Source: Planctomycetia bacterium
GTDB taxonomy: Bacteria; Planctomycetota; Planctomycetia; Pirellulales; JACPPG01
Reading direction: 5' to 3'
Length of the DNA: 64,000 nucleotides
Assembly: GCA_016191115.1 (NCBI GenBank)
Contig: JACPPG010000005.1
Coordinates: 23,119 to 87,118 of the forward strand
The position numbers were made by a program, and so were the translations under genes. This document shows, in pieces, positions 40,115 through 51,325 of the stretch. Each line of letters opens with the position of its first letter. Positions within the stretch are counted from its first letter, which is position 1. The notes beneath the pieces are model-generated. The model saw only the letters and a program-made list of their open reading frames with translations, did not search any database and was not told the origin of the DNA.

Positions 40115-41098
40115 TCACCCCAGCAGCCAGCGGGCCAGGTTGAAGTAGATCAACAACGTCGCCATGTCGGCGATGGCCAGGGCGATGGGGCCGGCCGCCA
40201 CTTGTGGATCGCGGCGCGCCATCCGCAGCAGGTTGGGCATGGCCAGCCCGATCGTCGCGGCGCAGGCCACGCCGCCGGCAATGCCCCCCATGAGCGCCAG
40301 GGCGAAACGCGGCTGGCCGAGCCACACGAGCGCCACGACCGCCACCAGCGCCCCGCACGCGCCGCCCAGCAAAACGCCCGTCGCCAGCTCGCGGCGCAGC
40401 TTCGTGGCCAGGCTTGCCCACCGCGGCGTCTGCCCGTGCAGCATCGCGATCGCCAGCGTCACGGATTGAATGCTGACGCTTTCGGCCAGGGCCAGCACGA
40501 CCGGCATGAAGAGCGCCAGGGCGACCGTCTGCTGCAACTGGGCCTCGAACAGTTTCGACAGTAAGGCCGCCAGAATGCCTCCGCCGATATTGGCCAGCAA
40601 CCACGGGAAGCGGCCGGCGAACGCGGCCGCCGCGCTGGCCTGCTGCGCTTCGGCGACGTGTACGCCGATCATCTGAAAGACGTCCTCTTGTCGCGCGGAT
40701 CGGTCGAGCTCCGCCAGCTCGTCGGTGTACAGGTCGATATCGACGACGCCGACGATGCGGCGGTCGGCATCGACCACGGGAAACGCCAGCAGGCGATGCA
40801 TGAGAAAGAATTCGCACGCTTCGAGCACGGTAGCGGCGCGAGGGATCGCAATCACGTTTTCGACCATGATGTCGGCCAGCCGGGTGGCAGCGTCGCTCAA
40901 CAGCAGGCGGCGCGTGGGAATCACGCCCGCCAGGCGCCCGTCGGCGTCCACGACGTAGAAATAGATGATCCGCGATTGCGGCTTCTCGGCGTGTACGGCG
41001 GCCAGGGCCTCGCCGACCGTCTGATCGACGCGCAGCCGCGTGTAGTCGCGGTGCATGCCGTCTTCAACGGAGTCGTGCAAACCGGTGCTTTTCAGCAT
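40115..41098 (-). CDS. mgtE: Magnesium transporter MgtE family (CBS pair + TM domain, no N-domain)
   Basis: YFYVVD, PVVD, RFPWL and DP.VAAGP...AD. Confidence 0.88.
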   Translation of the reverse strand: MLKSTGLHDSVEDGMHRDYTRLRVDQTVGEALAAVHAEKPQSRIIYFYVVDADGRLAGVIPTRRLLLSDAATRLADIMVENVIAIPRAATVLEACEFFLMHRLLAFPVVDADRRIVGVVDIDLYTDELAELDRSARQEDVFQMIGVHVAEAQQASAAAAFAGRFPWLLANIGGGILAALLSKLFEAQLQQTVALALFMPVVLALAESVSIQSVTLAIAMLHGQTPRWASLATKLRRELATGVLLGGACGALVAVVALVWLGQPRFALALMGGIAGGVACAATIGLAMPNLLRMARRDPQVAAGPIALAIADMATLLIYFNLARWLLG

Positions 41099-41109
41099 GG
41101 CCGCGCGAC

Positions 41110-42969
41110 CTAAGACCCGGCGGGCGGACCGGCCGCGCCTCGCGCCTCGGCCAAGGCGCCGTTCGGCTGCTGCTTCGCGCGCTCTTCGAGCGCGGCATCG
41201 AGAATCGCCATGACGTCGGGGACTTGCGCGGCCCGCTGCGTTTCGGCCTCGAGTTGGACGACCGTTTCCTGTTCTTTCTGCATATTGATCCGGTGGTTGG
41301 CCGCGTCAAACAACCCCAAGTTCGCGCCTTCGTATCCTTTCAGCTTTTTGACGCTTTCCATGCCTTGACTCGTCGCGTCGGCCCAGTGAGATGCCAGCTT
41401 CCGCGCGCTGTCGGCGTCGACGATTTGTTTTATGTCGGCCAGCAACTGCTCCTGTATCTTCATGATCTTCGCGGGGAGCTCGAGCATCTCCTTCTTCTCG
41501 CCCGGCTTAAGGTCCTTGCGGCGTGGAGGAGGGGCATCGGATGGCGCGGGCGCCGGCGCCGCCTCACCATCAGCGGAGGCGTAGGCCGCCAGCATGCGGA
41601 CGATCGGGATACGGCCCCGCCAGTTGACCGTGCTCGGCGGCGCGGCGTTTGGGGACGGGGCCGGCGCTTTGGCGGGCGTCCCCGGGTCGGGGGTGTTGTC
41701 AGGAGCCGCGGGCGTGCGAGCGGCGGCGGGGGTCCCCGGATTGGCCGCCGGCGAAGCGGAGGGAGGCGTTCCCGTCGGCATCGGATTCGGCATCGCCGGC
41801 TGCGCGCCCGGCGGTTGAGTGAAACTGCCGCCCGGTGGCGCCACGGGATTGCGCGGCGCGGGCGCCGGTGCAGGCGGCGCCTTTGCCGTTGGTTGCGGGT
41901 TGGTCGGCGCGGGCGCTGGTGCCTGAGCGACCTGCGGGGAGCCGGCCGGCCGTGGCGCGGCGCCGCCGCCCGAACCCGTGAACGCCCACACGAGGATCAG
42001 ACCCACCACGAGCGCCGTGACGCCCGCCGCGCCTCCGTATACCGCGATTGCCGGCATGCCCAGGATTGTCCCGGCCTTGGCTCTTCGGCCGGACGACTTG
42101 GACGGCGTCAGCAGCGCGCCTCCAGCGGACGGCTCGGCGGCCGCTGCCGCCAGGGGAGCGCCTTCGCCCAGCGCGTCGAGAATGCCCACGTTCAGATCCT
42201 GCCCCGAGCCCGACGCATCATCCAATGAAACGGCGGCGCCACCTTGGTCCGCGACAGGCTCGCCCGCTTTCTCCTGCTTCTCCGGCACGCGCTGCTTCTT
42301 CTTGCAGCGTGGGCAAGTAATCTGCCGACCGGCGGCGGCCGCGGGAATGCGGATCTTCGCGCCGCAGCTCGTGCAAACGATCCGTTGCCGCTCGTCAGCG
42401 GCCGTTTTTGGCGCCGCGTCGCCACCAGCGGTCGTCGGTAATGCACCGCTGGCTGCTGGCGCCGCGGCCGAACGACTCGCCACCTTTCCGGACCCTTCTC
42501 CCAATGGAGCCAGACTGAAGTCCTCGTCCACGGCCGAATCGGCGGTGGGGGATGCGTCAGGTCTTGGTATCGAGCGTTCCCCTTGGTTTGTCGAGGCGAC
42601 CGGTTCAGCGGGCGCCGCCTTGCCACTCGCGGCGACCTTGCCCGGATGCTCCTCAATCGGCGCCAGGCCGATGTTGCTGTCCCCGGCGGGCGAGCGCAGC
42701 GGCGCGGAGCCGCCCCCAACGGGAGGGCTGGGCTGCCGCAGACGGCTGGTGATCGAGAACGGGGCCGGCTCGGACTTGGCTGGCTGGCTCGGAGAAGCTT
42801 CGGCCGCCGGCGCGCCCTCGAGCGGCACCAGGTCCATCCCGTCCTCGGTCTCAATGGCCGGAACCGTGATGGCCGCCTGGCAGTGCGGGCAGCGACCGCG
42901 CTGGCCGCCGTACTTCTCCTTCATCCGAAGGATCGCCCCGCAACTCGGGCAATTGAATACGATGATCAT
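41110..42969 (-). CDS. Zn-ribbon, Pro/Ala-rich single-pass membrane protein
   Basis: Two CxxC..CxxC ribbons, one TM and long low-complexity linkers. Confidence 0.75.
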   Translation of the reverse strand: MIIVFNCPSCGAILRMKEKYGGQRGRCPHCQAAITVPAIETEDGMDLVPLEGAPAAEASPSQPAKSEPAPFSITSRLRQPSPPVGGGSAPLRSPAGDSNIGLAPIEEHPGKVAASGKAAPAEPVASTNQGERSIPRPDASPTADSAVDEDFSLAPLGEGSGKVASRSAAAPAASGALPTTAGGDAAPKTAADERQRIVCTSCGAKIRIPAAAAGRQITCPRCKKKQRVPEKQEKAGEPVADQGGAAVSLDDASGSGQDLNVGILDALGEGAPLAAAAAEPSAGGALLTPSKSSGRRAKAGTILGMPAIAVYGGAAGVTALVVGLILVWAFTGSGGGAAPRPAGSPQVAQAPAPAPTNPQPTAKAPPAPAPAPRNPVAPPGGSFTQPPGAQPAMPNPMPTGTPPSASPAANPGTPAAARTPAAPDNTPDPGTPAKAPAPSPNAAPPSTVNWRGRIPIVRMLAAYASADGEAAPAPAPSDAPPPRRKDLKPGEKKEMLELPAKIMKIQEQLLADIKQIVDADSARKLASHWADATSQGMESVKKLKGYEGANLGLFDAANHRINMQKEQETVVQLEAETQRAAQVPDVMAILDAALEERAKQQPNGALAEARGAAGPPAGS

Positions 42970-43126
42970 GACTGCGCCAGCGTAATTGAACTGCCGTTCG
43001 AGGGTGGGAAGCTCCCGCAAATTCGAGGCATGATCCCCGGCCGCGGCCGAACTTATGGCGGGGTAGGGGCGGAACGTCCATCATCGCCTGTTCTGGCCGT
43101 AAAGACAAGAAAGGGACCACCCGAGA

Positions 43127-43283
43127 CAGGGCCGTTCACAGATTCAAGCTTGCCGGCGGCGCACCGGCGAGAAAGTGGGACAGGCACCGAGACGCAACGT
43201 TCGTCTGAAAGGACTTGCGCTGTTTATGCTCGGAGCCAGTCCCATTTTCCCGCCTCGCCATTTTGAAAAACAGAATGACCCTG
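43127..43283 (+). mobile_element. MITE-A copy 6 (157 bp)
   Basis: Perfect 10-bp target duplication ccacccgaga. Confidence 0.95.
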
Positions 43284-43482
43284 CCACCCGAGATACCCTC
43301 GCGGCAGGGCTTTTTAGCCCATTTTTCCCGGTCCGCCGGCGTCGCCTGGCTAGTCGCGCTGGCTAGTCGCGCTTGTCGAGCCACCGCCTTGATCGGCAGC
43401 CGCGATCGACCATGATGATGGCGGCCAGCCGTTGGCAATGCCGCCTGAGCCACTTTCGGTCCTCTAGCCGGAGGGTGAAACC

Positions 43483-44493
43483 TTGACGCCGACCGATGTT
43501 CGAAGGCACACAAGCGCGGGGCAGACACCGGCAGCTTGGACACGCCAGTTGTCGAGCGTGCCCCATGCCGCCGTTTCGGTATTGGCGATCGGCTGCTGGT
43601 TGGCGGTCGCCGGCGGGACGTTCGCCGCCGAACCGGCCCCGGCCGACGCCGACGGCATCACGGTGCATCTCAATCTTCGCTACCGCGAGGGCGGCAGCAA
43701 GCAATGCGTGCTCGATCTCGCCGTGCCGAAGCAGCGCGCGGAAAAGCCTCGGCCGGCGATCCTTGTCATTCATGGCGGCGGATGGCTGGAAGGGGACAAA
43801 TCCAGCTTCGCTTCCGACCAGCATGGCACGCCCGCGAACATCGTCGAGTTCGCCCGGCTCGGCTTCGTCGCGGCGACGATCAACTATCGGCTGTCGGGCG
43901 AGGCGCCCTTCCCCGCGGCGCTCGACGATTGCCGGTGCGCTGTGCGCTGGCTGCGGGCGCATGCGCGCGAATATCACGTCGATCCCTCGCGCATCGGCGC
44001 CTACGGCAATTCGGCCGGCGGCCACCTGGCACTCTTGTTGGCGCTGACCGATCGGCCCACGGACGCCGGCGACGGTGAGCCGTTGGCCAAGGAATCGAGC
44101 CGCGTGCAGGCGGCCGCGAGCGACAGCGGACCGCTGGACCTTCTCTATCAGCACGAGCACAACCAGCTCCGTGTCGTCGTCGAGAAGTTCATGGGCGGAC
44201 CACCCGACGACGCGCGCCGCGAGCAGTACCGCCGGGCGTCGCCCACGATGTATTTCGCCGAGAAGCTACCGCCGCTCTTGTTGATCCACGGCGCAGTCGA
44301 CGAGCAGGTCGACGTGCGGACCGCGGACGAGTTCGTCGCCGCTATTAGCCGAAACGGACCCAGCGACTTAAGCTACATTCGTCTGGCCCATGTCGGGCAC
44401 TGCCCGCACTCGCTTGTGCGCGTGCCCTATCTACGGCAGGTCGTGACCGATTTCTTCACGCGCGCGCTCGCGGCAGCGACGCACGGCGAATAG
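43483..44493 (+). CDS. Alpha/beta hydrolase (HSL-type esterase)
   Basis: HGGGW, GNSAGG, HGAVD and GH motifs; start uncertain. Confidence 0.9.
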   Translation: MTPTDVRRHTSAGQTPAAWTRQLSSVPHAAVSVLAIGCWLAVAGGTFAAEPAPADADGITVHLNLRYREGGSKQCVLDLAVPKQRAEKPRPAILVIHGGGWLEGDKSSFASDQHGTPANIVEFARLGFVAATINYRLSGEAPFPAALDDCRCAVRWLRAHAREYHVDPSRIGAYGNSAGGHLALLLALTDRPTDAGDGEPLAKESSRVQAAASDSGPLDLLYQHEHNQLRVVVEKFMGGPPDDARREQYRRASPTMYFAEKLPPLLLIHGAVDEQVDVRTADEFVAAISRNGPSDLSYIRLAHVGHCPHSLVRVPYLRQVVTDFFTRALAAATHGE

Positions 44494-44769
44494 CCGCGCT
44501 GCTGCAACCCGTTAGCGCGCTTGGCAACGGTGTACCCGCCGCGGCCGGGTTGGTCGCCAACCGTTCATCGCCGCGGTCGCTGCCGTCAATTCAGTTGCGT
44601 CGCTTGCCGGCTGCGCGGTGAGGTCGGGCCGCAACCGAAGCTGCCGAAGGAGCTTTCGCCGCTACGCCGCACTCGTCCGCCTGTTCGGCATACAAAATGC
44701 CGCTCTCCTCGGTGTTGTAAGCAAAATCTTCAAACAACTTTTAGGGGGGAAAGCGAAGGGAGGACCACC

Positions 44770-45486
44770 ATGCGATCTCACATGCGACTTGCGGTAATGA
44801 TCGGCTTGTGCGTCTCGTTGGGCGCCTGCCGGGCGTTTGCACAACAGGCGGCGCCAGTGCATCCAAAGGCGACGAACGTGCAGGCGTCGCCGTTCTTTCG
44901 CGTCAGCACCATGACCGGAATGGCGGTCAAGAACCGCCAAGGCCAGCCGATCGGTAGCGTCGAAGACATGCTCGTCGACATTCACGACGGGCAAGTCCGC
45001 TACGTGATCATGTCGTTCGGCGGCTTTCTGGGCGTGGGGAACAAGCTGTTCCCGATTCCCTGGCACCAGTTGACGCTGAAGTACGACGAGAAGGAAACGT
45101 TCTTTGTCGCGGACGTCTCGCGGCAATTCCTGGAAAAAGCGCCCAGCTTTCACCGCCAGGACTGGCCCGACATGACCAGCGAATGGGTATCGGCGGTTGA
45201 GTCGCTGTTCCCGACGCACGCGGGGATCGTCGTGGGAGTCACGAGCGACCACCTCACGATGACGAACCTGAATGGTAGCGGCCAGCATGCGCACGTCGTG
45301 GCCACGGATGCCGAGATCACGCGCGACGGCCAGGCCGTCCGCCTGAAAGACCTGCAGAAGGGGGACCACGTGAAGGTGACAACGGCCGAACAGGCCGGCA
45401 TCCGCGTGGCGACGAAGATCGAAGCCACCTCGGCGGCGGCCGAGCAGGGCGCGCGCGTGGAGGAGGCGACCACGCGCACCCGGTAA
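44770..45486 (+). CDS. Secreted PRC-barrel domain protein
   Basis: Signal peptide; V.N..G..IG.VED, FGGFLG.G.K..PIPW. Confidence 0.85.
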   Translation: MRSHMRLAVMIGLCVSLGACRAFAQQAAPVHPKATNVQASPFFRVSTMTGMAVKNRQGQPIGSVEDMLVDIHDGQVRYVIMSFGGFLGVGNKLFPIPWHQLTLKYDEKETFFVADVSRQFLEKAPSFHRQDWPDMTSEWVSAVESLFPTHAGIVVGVTSDHLTMTNLNGSGQHAHVVATDAEITRDGQAVRLKDLQKGDHVKVTTAEQAGIRVATKIEATSAAAEQGARVEEATTRTR

Positions 45487-45561
45487 CGACCGTCGTGGCT
45501 TTCAATGCCGGCGCGCTGCTGGACAAGCGAGTGGCAACACGCGCGGTTAAGCAGCGCGCGG

Positions 45562-46575
45562 CTATTGATACACGCCTACCGGCATTCCTTCCGCGCGCGT
45601 CACCAGATAGCGGACGGTGCGGAAGTCGAGTTGCTCGCTCAGAAAGGTCACGCTGCCGTCGCACAACAGCACGTGGGCGCCGCCCGGGTGCATGCTGAAG
45701 ATCTCGCCGTTGGGTCCGCAATTCGACAGTGCCCAGGAGCAATCGGCCGGGCCGCCCAGCGGAACGCTGTTATTGTTGATGACCCGCTTGATGTTTCCGA
45801 GGGTCGAGTTCCCGGCGCCGGAGATGCCGAAGCCGTTGTCGGGCTCGGCCCAGCGGTTCATGGCGCGATGGCCGCTTGGCGTGGGCGCGTCGGCGTCGTT
45901 GCCCGCGGCGATCACTGGATCGACGTACGGCGAAGGCACGAACGGCGGCAGCGTCTCGTAGTTGATCGGGTTGTCCTCGGCCAGGGCGATCGTCTGGCTC
46001 AAGCCATCGGTGATTTGCGCAAGCCGCGTGCCGCCCAGGCCCAAGGCGCCGTCCATTCGCGTGGCATTGTTGCCGAGGCCCGTCGCCGGATCGATGTCCA
46101 CGTGGACCGTGGCCGAGTAGTCGGTCTGCCCGTAGCCCTGCGGGTCGTCCTCGGCCAGGCCGTTGCTGGGGCAGAGGAACGAAGGGATGCGCGTGCGGGC
46201 CGCCGCCTGATTGCCGGCGGCGCGTTTGTCGTTGTAGGCGAACGTTGGGTCCATCATGTTGGCAAGTTGTATCTCTTCCATGAACGGCAGCAGCATGGTG
46301 AACGTCGATTGCAGGTCGAAGCTCGTCTGGTTGGTTTTGGGGATCGTCCCCTGGCCGCCGGTGGGGAGCACGGACTTCGTGCCCTCGAAATTGTGCAGGG
46401 CAACCCCGCACTGCCGCAGATTGTTCTTGCACTGCGCTTTGCGGGCGGCCTCGCGGGCGGCCTGCACCGCCGGCAGCAGTAGCGCGATCAAGACACCGAT
46501 GATCGCGATCACGACCAAAAGCTCGACAAGGGTAAAACCGCGCGGCCGGGGGCATCGATTCGCTGGCGATGTCAT
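45562..46575 (-). CDS. DUF1559 prepilin-type N-terminal/H-X9-DG domain protein
   Basis: [34 protein letters not shown] and [14 protein letters not shown]. Confidence 0.95.
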   Translation of the reverse strand: MTSPANRCPRPRGFTLVELLVVIAIIGVLIALLLPAVQAAREAARKAQCKNNLRQCGVALHNFEGTKSVLPTGGQGTIPKTNQTSFDLQSTFTMLLPFMEEIQLANMMDPTFAYNDKRAAGNQAAARTRIPSFLCPSNGLAEDDPQGYGQTDYSATVHVDIDPATGLGNNATRMDGALGLGGTRLAQITDGLSQTIALAEDNPINYETLPPFVPSPYVDPVIAAGNDADAPTPSGHRAMNRWAEPDNGFGISGAGNSTLGNIKRVINNNSVPLGGPADCSWALSNCGPNGEIFSMHPGGAHVLLCDGSVTFLSEQLDFRTVRYLVTRAEGMPVGVYQ

Positions 46576-46988
46576 GATTGGTTCCTCCCATGAATAGGAG
46601 TTGTTGTTGCGATGCGCGTCGCGGAAAGCGCGCCTCCGCGGCAACGAGGCCGCAGGAGTAATCCGCGAGGCCTCTCGGACACGGACGAAATCAGGACGGA
46701 CGCGTTGGCAGGAGTCGCCCCATGGGCGGAGCGACTGGTCATTTTCAGGCGGGATGGTTGTCGAATTGCTGCGGACGCCACGGCGAGGCCGAGGCTGCGA
46801 ACGCATCAACAACCACGGATGAGTATCTCGCGCCGCCGGCTGATTGCAAGCAGAAAACTGGGCCACTTTTGCGGCTCGCAGCGACCGTCGTTTGTGAATT
46901 TAAGTATCATTTTAGAAATGACTTACGTGCCACAATCTTGGGCCTGTCGTGTCACGTGATCTGGCCCCGACATGTCCACTGTCGGCGG

Positions 46989-47290
46989 CTACTTGAGCAC
47001 CCGCTTCTCGTGCAGCCAGCAGCCGATGACGCCGGATAGCCACCCGCCGGGCGACCAAAGGGCATTTTCGCCTCCTTCGGCGGCGGTACCCGGATTGCGT
47101 GCCCGGCGTGGCCAAACACCTTGATCGTGAAGTCTTTTCGCGCGTCGTCCTTGATGCGCTCGACGATCTTGGCCGCGTCGCGGCGGATTTGCACTTGGCC
47201 GGCCAAGGTCTTTGGGTCGGCGGCCGTGGCGGTCGACGCTGCAATCGCATAGCCAAAGGCGACTGCCAGGTGAATCCAGCGGACAGAATC
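46989..47290 (-). pseudogene. Chimeric remnant: penicillin-acylase-like N-terminus joined to an alpha/beta-hydrolase-like C-terminus
   Basis: Signal-like segment + VQIRRD abutting DFTIKVFGHAGH, then a frameshifted ..WLHEKRVLK*. Confidence 0.5.
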
Positions 47291-47688
47291 CCAGCTCTCC
47301 TTCGAAAAGGCGAGCAAAGCAGCCAAGCTAGAGAGCCTGGTCGCGGGAGTCAGAAAAGTCGCGCCGACCGGATCGCAGCGGGCGAGTTCGCCAAAATCGG
47401 GAGCGGCACCGGCTGGATCGTTCGCACCCGGTCAACCCCCCGTCCGGCGAGCGCCGTTGGAGCGCCAAAACCAGCCGGCGGGTCGCTCGACCGTATCCGC
47501 GCCTCCGTCGGCGGTGAATGACGGGTTTCCTTGCGCGAAGCGCCGACCGGATCAATTCCTCCGCGTGGCGACGAGTCCTGGAGTTGCTCGTCAAACGCGG
47601 ATATGCTTCTGTCTTTCCAGTCGTCCTCGACTGGGTAAAGTGGTTCATTTGCGGGCGGTCGGCATCCGCCGAGGCGAGATGGCCCTTC

Positions 47689-48651
47689 ATGACGACAACC
47701 TCATTGCCGCGGCGCCGCAAAAGGGCCAAGAGCCATCCCGCGCGATTGCCTAAGGCTCGCGGTCGGCACCCGATCCTGTGGGCCTACACGCTCCCGATTG
47801 TGATCATCCACGCGCTGGCGCTATTGGCATGCATTCCGTGGCTGTTCAGTTGGACGGGCCTGGCGGTGATGCTGGTCGGAGTGCACATGTTCGGCAACCT
47901 CGGGATCAACCTGGGCTACCATCGGTTGTTGACGCATCGCAGCTTTCAAACGCCCAAGTGGTTGGAACATTGCTTTTCGGTCGTCGCGCTGTGCTGCATG
48001 CAGGATACTCCGGCCCGCTGGGTCGCCACGCATCGTCTGCACCACAGTCATGCCGACGGCCCCGACGACCCGCACTCTCCGCTGGATGATTTCGTGTGGG
48101 GGCACATCGGGTGGCTCTTCCGCCGTAGTCCGGCATTGCACGATATCGCCTTGTACCAGACGTACGCCCGCGACTTGCTGGCCGATCCGTTCTATATGCG
48201 GCTGGAAAAGCGGCCTGCCCTGGCCGGGTTCATCTACCTGGCGCACGCGGCGCTGTTCTTCCTCGTGGGGTTGGTGGGTGGCCGACTGTGGTGGGGCGAT
48301 TGGGCCGCGGGGCTGCAGTTCGGCGCCAGCCTATTGGTCTGGGGAGTGATCGTCCGCACGGTGGTCGTGTGGCACATCACCTGGAGCGTGAATTCGGTCA
48401 CGCATATGTTCGGCTACCGCAGCTACGACACCCCCGAGAACAGCCGCAACAACTGGCTCGTGGCCGTGCTGAGCGCCGGCGAGGGCTGGCACAACAACCA
48501 CCATTGGGACCCGTCCAGTGCCCGCGTCCAGCACCGCTGGTGGGAGCTGGACACGACGTTCTACACAATCTGGCTGCTCGAAAAGGTCGGGCTGGCCTGG
48601 GCGGTCATCGCGCCCCGGCATAGTCGTCGCACGGCGCGCGATCGCGAATAG
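47689..48651 (+). CDS. Fatty acid (delta-9 type) desaturase
   Basis: His boxes HRLLTH, HRLHH and HNNHH. Confidence 0.93.
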   Translation: MTTTSLPRRRKRAKSHPARLPKARGRHPILWAYTLPIVIIHALALLACIPWLFSWTGLAVMLVGVHMFGNLGINLGYHRLLTHRSFQTPKWLEHCFSVVALCCMQDTPARWVATHRLHHSHADGPDDPHSPLDDFVWGHIGWLFRRSPALHDIALYQTYARDLLADPFYMRLEKRPALAGFIYLAHAALFFLVGLVGGRLWWGDWAAGLQFGASLLVWGVIVRTVVVWHITWSVNSVTHMFGYRSYDTPENSRNNWLVAVLSAGEGWHNNHHWDPSSARVQHRWWELDTTFYTIWLLEKVGLAWAVIAPRHSRRTARDRE

Positions 48652-48690
48652 ACTGCCTGCGCCCGTTTTCGCACGCTCCTCATCCGGCAC

Positions 48691-49614
48691 TCAGCGCCGC
48701 GTCGCCGCCCGCCGCCAGCGGCGCATCATCACCAGCGCACACGCGCCCACAAACGCCAGGCCGATCCCGGCCGGCTCGGGCACCGCGTTGACGATCACGT
48801 CGTCCAGGATCGGCTGCGTGCCGAAGGCCGACATGCCGTACGCGCTCAAGTCCATCCCTCCCCAACTGACGAATGCGACGTCCACCGGTTGCGAGGCGTT
48901 GAGCGGCGTGAACGAGAATTCAAAAAGGTGCGAAAGGCCGTACTGAATCGCGTTGGGCACCGCCAGCCATTGGATGGGATCGCCTGGCAGCACGTTGGTC
49001 ACCCGCAGCCCGATGATGCCGGCCCCCGTGAAACCCTGGTTGGTCGAGTTCTCTTCGCCCGAGATCCAGAAGCTCAAGCTGTACGAAGGCGCCGGCGTCA
49101 GTTCGGTGTGGACTAACTGGTGCAAAATGACCGGGGCACCGGCCACCGACGTGAAGGTCGGCGGTGCCGGGAACGTGACGGTCGCGTTGGCGTTGAACGT
49201 CGGCTGCTGGCTGACGGTGGTGCCGGCGCTCGTGTGAAAATCGACGGCGGCCCGCCCATCCGGCAGCACGTCGCTCAGCCGCAGGTGATACGGCGTCGGC
49301 AGGCCGTCGTTCCCCCATCGCGCCGTGCTATTGGCGCCGCTGCTCAACCAGCCCGGCGGAACGGCGTAGGGCGAGTTGAGGGGGTTGGCCCAAAAGTTGG
49401 CGTTGGCAAGTCCGTCGGGCGGGGCCGCAATCTCGAAGCTGCCGTTGACGACGATGTTGCCGGCATGGGTCGTGCCCAAGCCGCTGGCAATCGTCAGCGC
49501 GGCCTGCGCCGGGGACGCGAGACACAAGAGGAGGGCGCAGCCGAGACAGGGCGAGAGCGTGGACAGGACGATTCTCAGGGCATCGGGGCGGGTTTTGCGT
49601 GCGTGGCGAATCAT
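48691..49614 (-). CDS. PEP-CTERM sorting-domain protein
   Basis: Signal peptide, NGSFE, C-terminal VPEP + TM + RR. Confidence 0.9.
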   Translation of the reverse strand: MIRHARKTRPDALRIVLSTLSPCLGCALLLCLASPAQAALTIASGLGTTHAGNIVVNGSFEIAAPPDGLANANFWANPLNSPYAVPPGWLSSGANSTARWGNDGLPTPYHLRLSDVLPDGRAAVDFHTSAGTTVSQQPTFNANATVTFPAPPTFTSVAGAPVILHQLVHTELTPAPSYSLSFWISGEENSTNQGFTGAGIIGLRVTNVLPGDPIQWLAVPNAIQYGLSHLFEFSFTPLNASQPVDVAFVSWGGMDLSAYGMSAFGTQPILDDVIVNAVPEPAGIGLAFVGACALVMMRRWRRAATRR

Positions 49615-49724
49615 TGGCGTTCTCCGACAAATCGAGGAAAGGCTTCGAGGAAACAGACCCGCGGCCAGCTTAACCTGCGGCGGGGCGCGGGCAAGCGCGA
49701 CTTTGGGATTTTCGCGTGTCGGCA

Positions 49725-49849
49725 CAGGAGAACTGCAAAGTCCGGGGTCTGGCTCATTTTGTCGGCACCTGCGGTTCTCGATTCTTCCGACGGACTTTCG
49801 GCCGACAAATGTGCCTGACCCCCTCTCCCAGGACTTTGCAGTTCTCCCG
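49725..49849 (-). mobile_element. MITE-B copy 1 (125 bp)
   Basis: 19-bp TIR caggagaactgcaaagtcc; flanks cgtgtcggca/cttgtcgcca (8/10). Confidence 0.85.
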
Positions 49850-49931
49850 CTTGTCGCCACGCATTTCTTGCCTCTGCCCGCTCGAAACGTGTACCGTGGG
49901 TGCGGCGTCATGTTCAAGGGAACGACCTCGC

Positions 49932-51317
49932 GTGGCACTCTCGCTCAAATCCGTCTGCCGGCGACTGTTCACGACCACGTACGCGCCGGACCCCACGCTC
50001 CGCACGTTCCTCGACCGCGCCCAGACGCAGCGGGGCGAGCTGGCCGAGGTGACGGTGGCCGTTCTCGACGCGCGCGAGAGCGAGCAATTCTTTGGCGTCC
50101 ACGTGGCCCGGCGGGGGATTCAGCCGGTTTACCTGCGGATCGCGAATCGGTCGGCTCAAAGCCTGCGGCTGCAGCCGGTGAGCATCGACCCGAACTACTA
50201 CACGCCGCTGGAAGCCGCCGGGGTGAATCATTTCTCGATCGCCAAGCGCCTTTCGGCGTTCGGCGTCCTGGCCATTTGGTTCCTCGTGCCTTTGCTCGTC
50301 TTTGCGCCGCTGAAACTGATCACGGCCTATCGGGCGAATCGCCGGATGAGCGAGTTCTTCCGCGCGCACGCGTTCCATCTCCGCCCGATCCCGCCCGGCG
50401 AGTTGGCGGAAGGCTTCGTCTTCACGCCGCTCGATGCCGGCACCAAAGTCGTGCACGTGCGATTGCAAGCGACGGGCGAATCGCTCGACGAGATGATTCG
50501 CACGGCCCAGGCCGCCGCGGCGAAACGCGACCCGGCTGCACGCTCGCCAGAATCGACCGCCGCGGCTCCGGCGAGTGCCGAGTTTGTCTTCTCGATCCCC
50601 GTCCCCGGCATCGCCGCCGACTATCTTCGCCGCGACTTTGAGACGCTCATCCCGCCCGGCGCGCTGGTGTCTTGCAACGTCCGCACGTTGGTCGAGCGGG
50701 TGTGTGCCATGCCCGCCGCCACTACCAACGCCAAGGACGCGCGTCCGGGCGATCCGGCCAATCTGGTCGTGATCGGCGATTTTGACAGGCTGATGAGCGG
50801 GTTCGCCGCGCGGTGGGATGAAAGCGAGACGATCTCGCTGGCGACGTGCTGGAAAACGGTGCGGGCGTTTCTCCTCGGCTCGGACTACCGTTATTCGCCG
50901 GTCAGCCCGTTGCACCTGTTCGGCCGCAGCCAGGACGTCGCCTTGCAGCGGACGCGGCGATCGATCAACGAGCGATTGCACCTGCGGCTGTGGCTGACGC
51001 CGCTCGTGTTCCGCGGGCAGCCGGTGTGGGTCGGCCAGGTCAGCCGCGACATCGGCGTGCGATTCACGACGCGGGCTTGGAACCTGACGACGCACCGCAT
51101 CGACCCCGATGTCGACGAAGCGAGAGACTACGTTCTGGAGGACCTGCTTCAGGCCGGCCGGATCGAGGCGGCCGGGTACGTCGACGGCGTCGGCCCCTGC
51201 GACCGCGCGTCGCCGCGGCACAACCTCACCGGCGACCCGTACTTCACCGACGGCAAGCGGGCCGTGATCCTGCTGTCGAGCATGCGGACGACGCCGCTTT
51301 TCGTGGCGTGGAGCTGA
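49932..51317 (+). CDS. LssY C-terminal domain protein
   Basis: GDP.NL, SPVS.L..FGR.QD, HLRLW and TTHRIDPDVD..RD; start uncertain. Confidence 0.8.
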   Translation: MALSLKSVCRRLFTTTYAPDPTLRTFLDRAQTQRGELAEVTVAVLDARESEQFFGVHVARRGIQPVYLRIANRSAQSLRLQPVSIDPNYYTPLEAAGVNHFSIAKRLSAFGVLAIWFLVPLLVFAPLKLITAYRANRRMSEFFRAHAFHLRPIPPGELAEGFVFTPLDAGTKVVHVRLQATGESLDEMIRTAQAAAAKRDPAARSPESTAAAPASAEFVFSIPVPGIAADYLRRDFETLIPPGALVSCNVRTLVERVCAMPAATTNAKDARPGDPANLVVIGDFDRLMSGFAARWDESETISLATCWKTVRAFLLGSDYRYSPVSPLHLFGRSQDVALQRTRRSINERLHLRLWLTPLVFRGQPVWVGQVSRDIGVRFTTRAWNLTTHRIDPDVDEARDYVLEDLLQAGRIEAAGYVDGVGPCDRASPRHNLTGDPYFTDGKRAVILLSSMRTTPLFVAWS

Positions 51318-51325
51318 TTGCGTAG

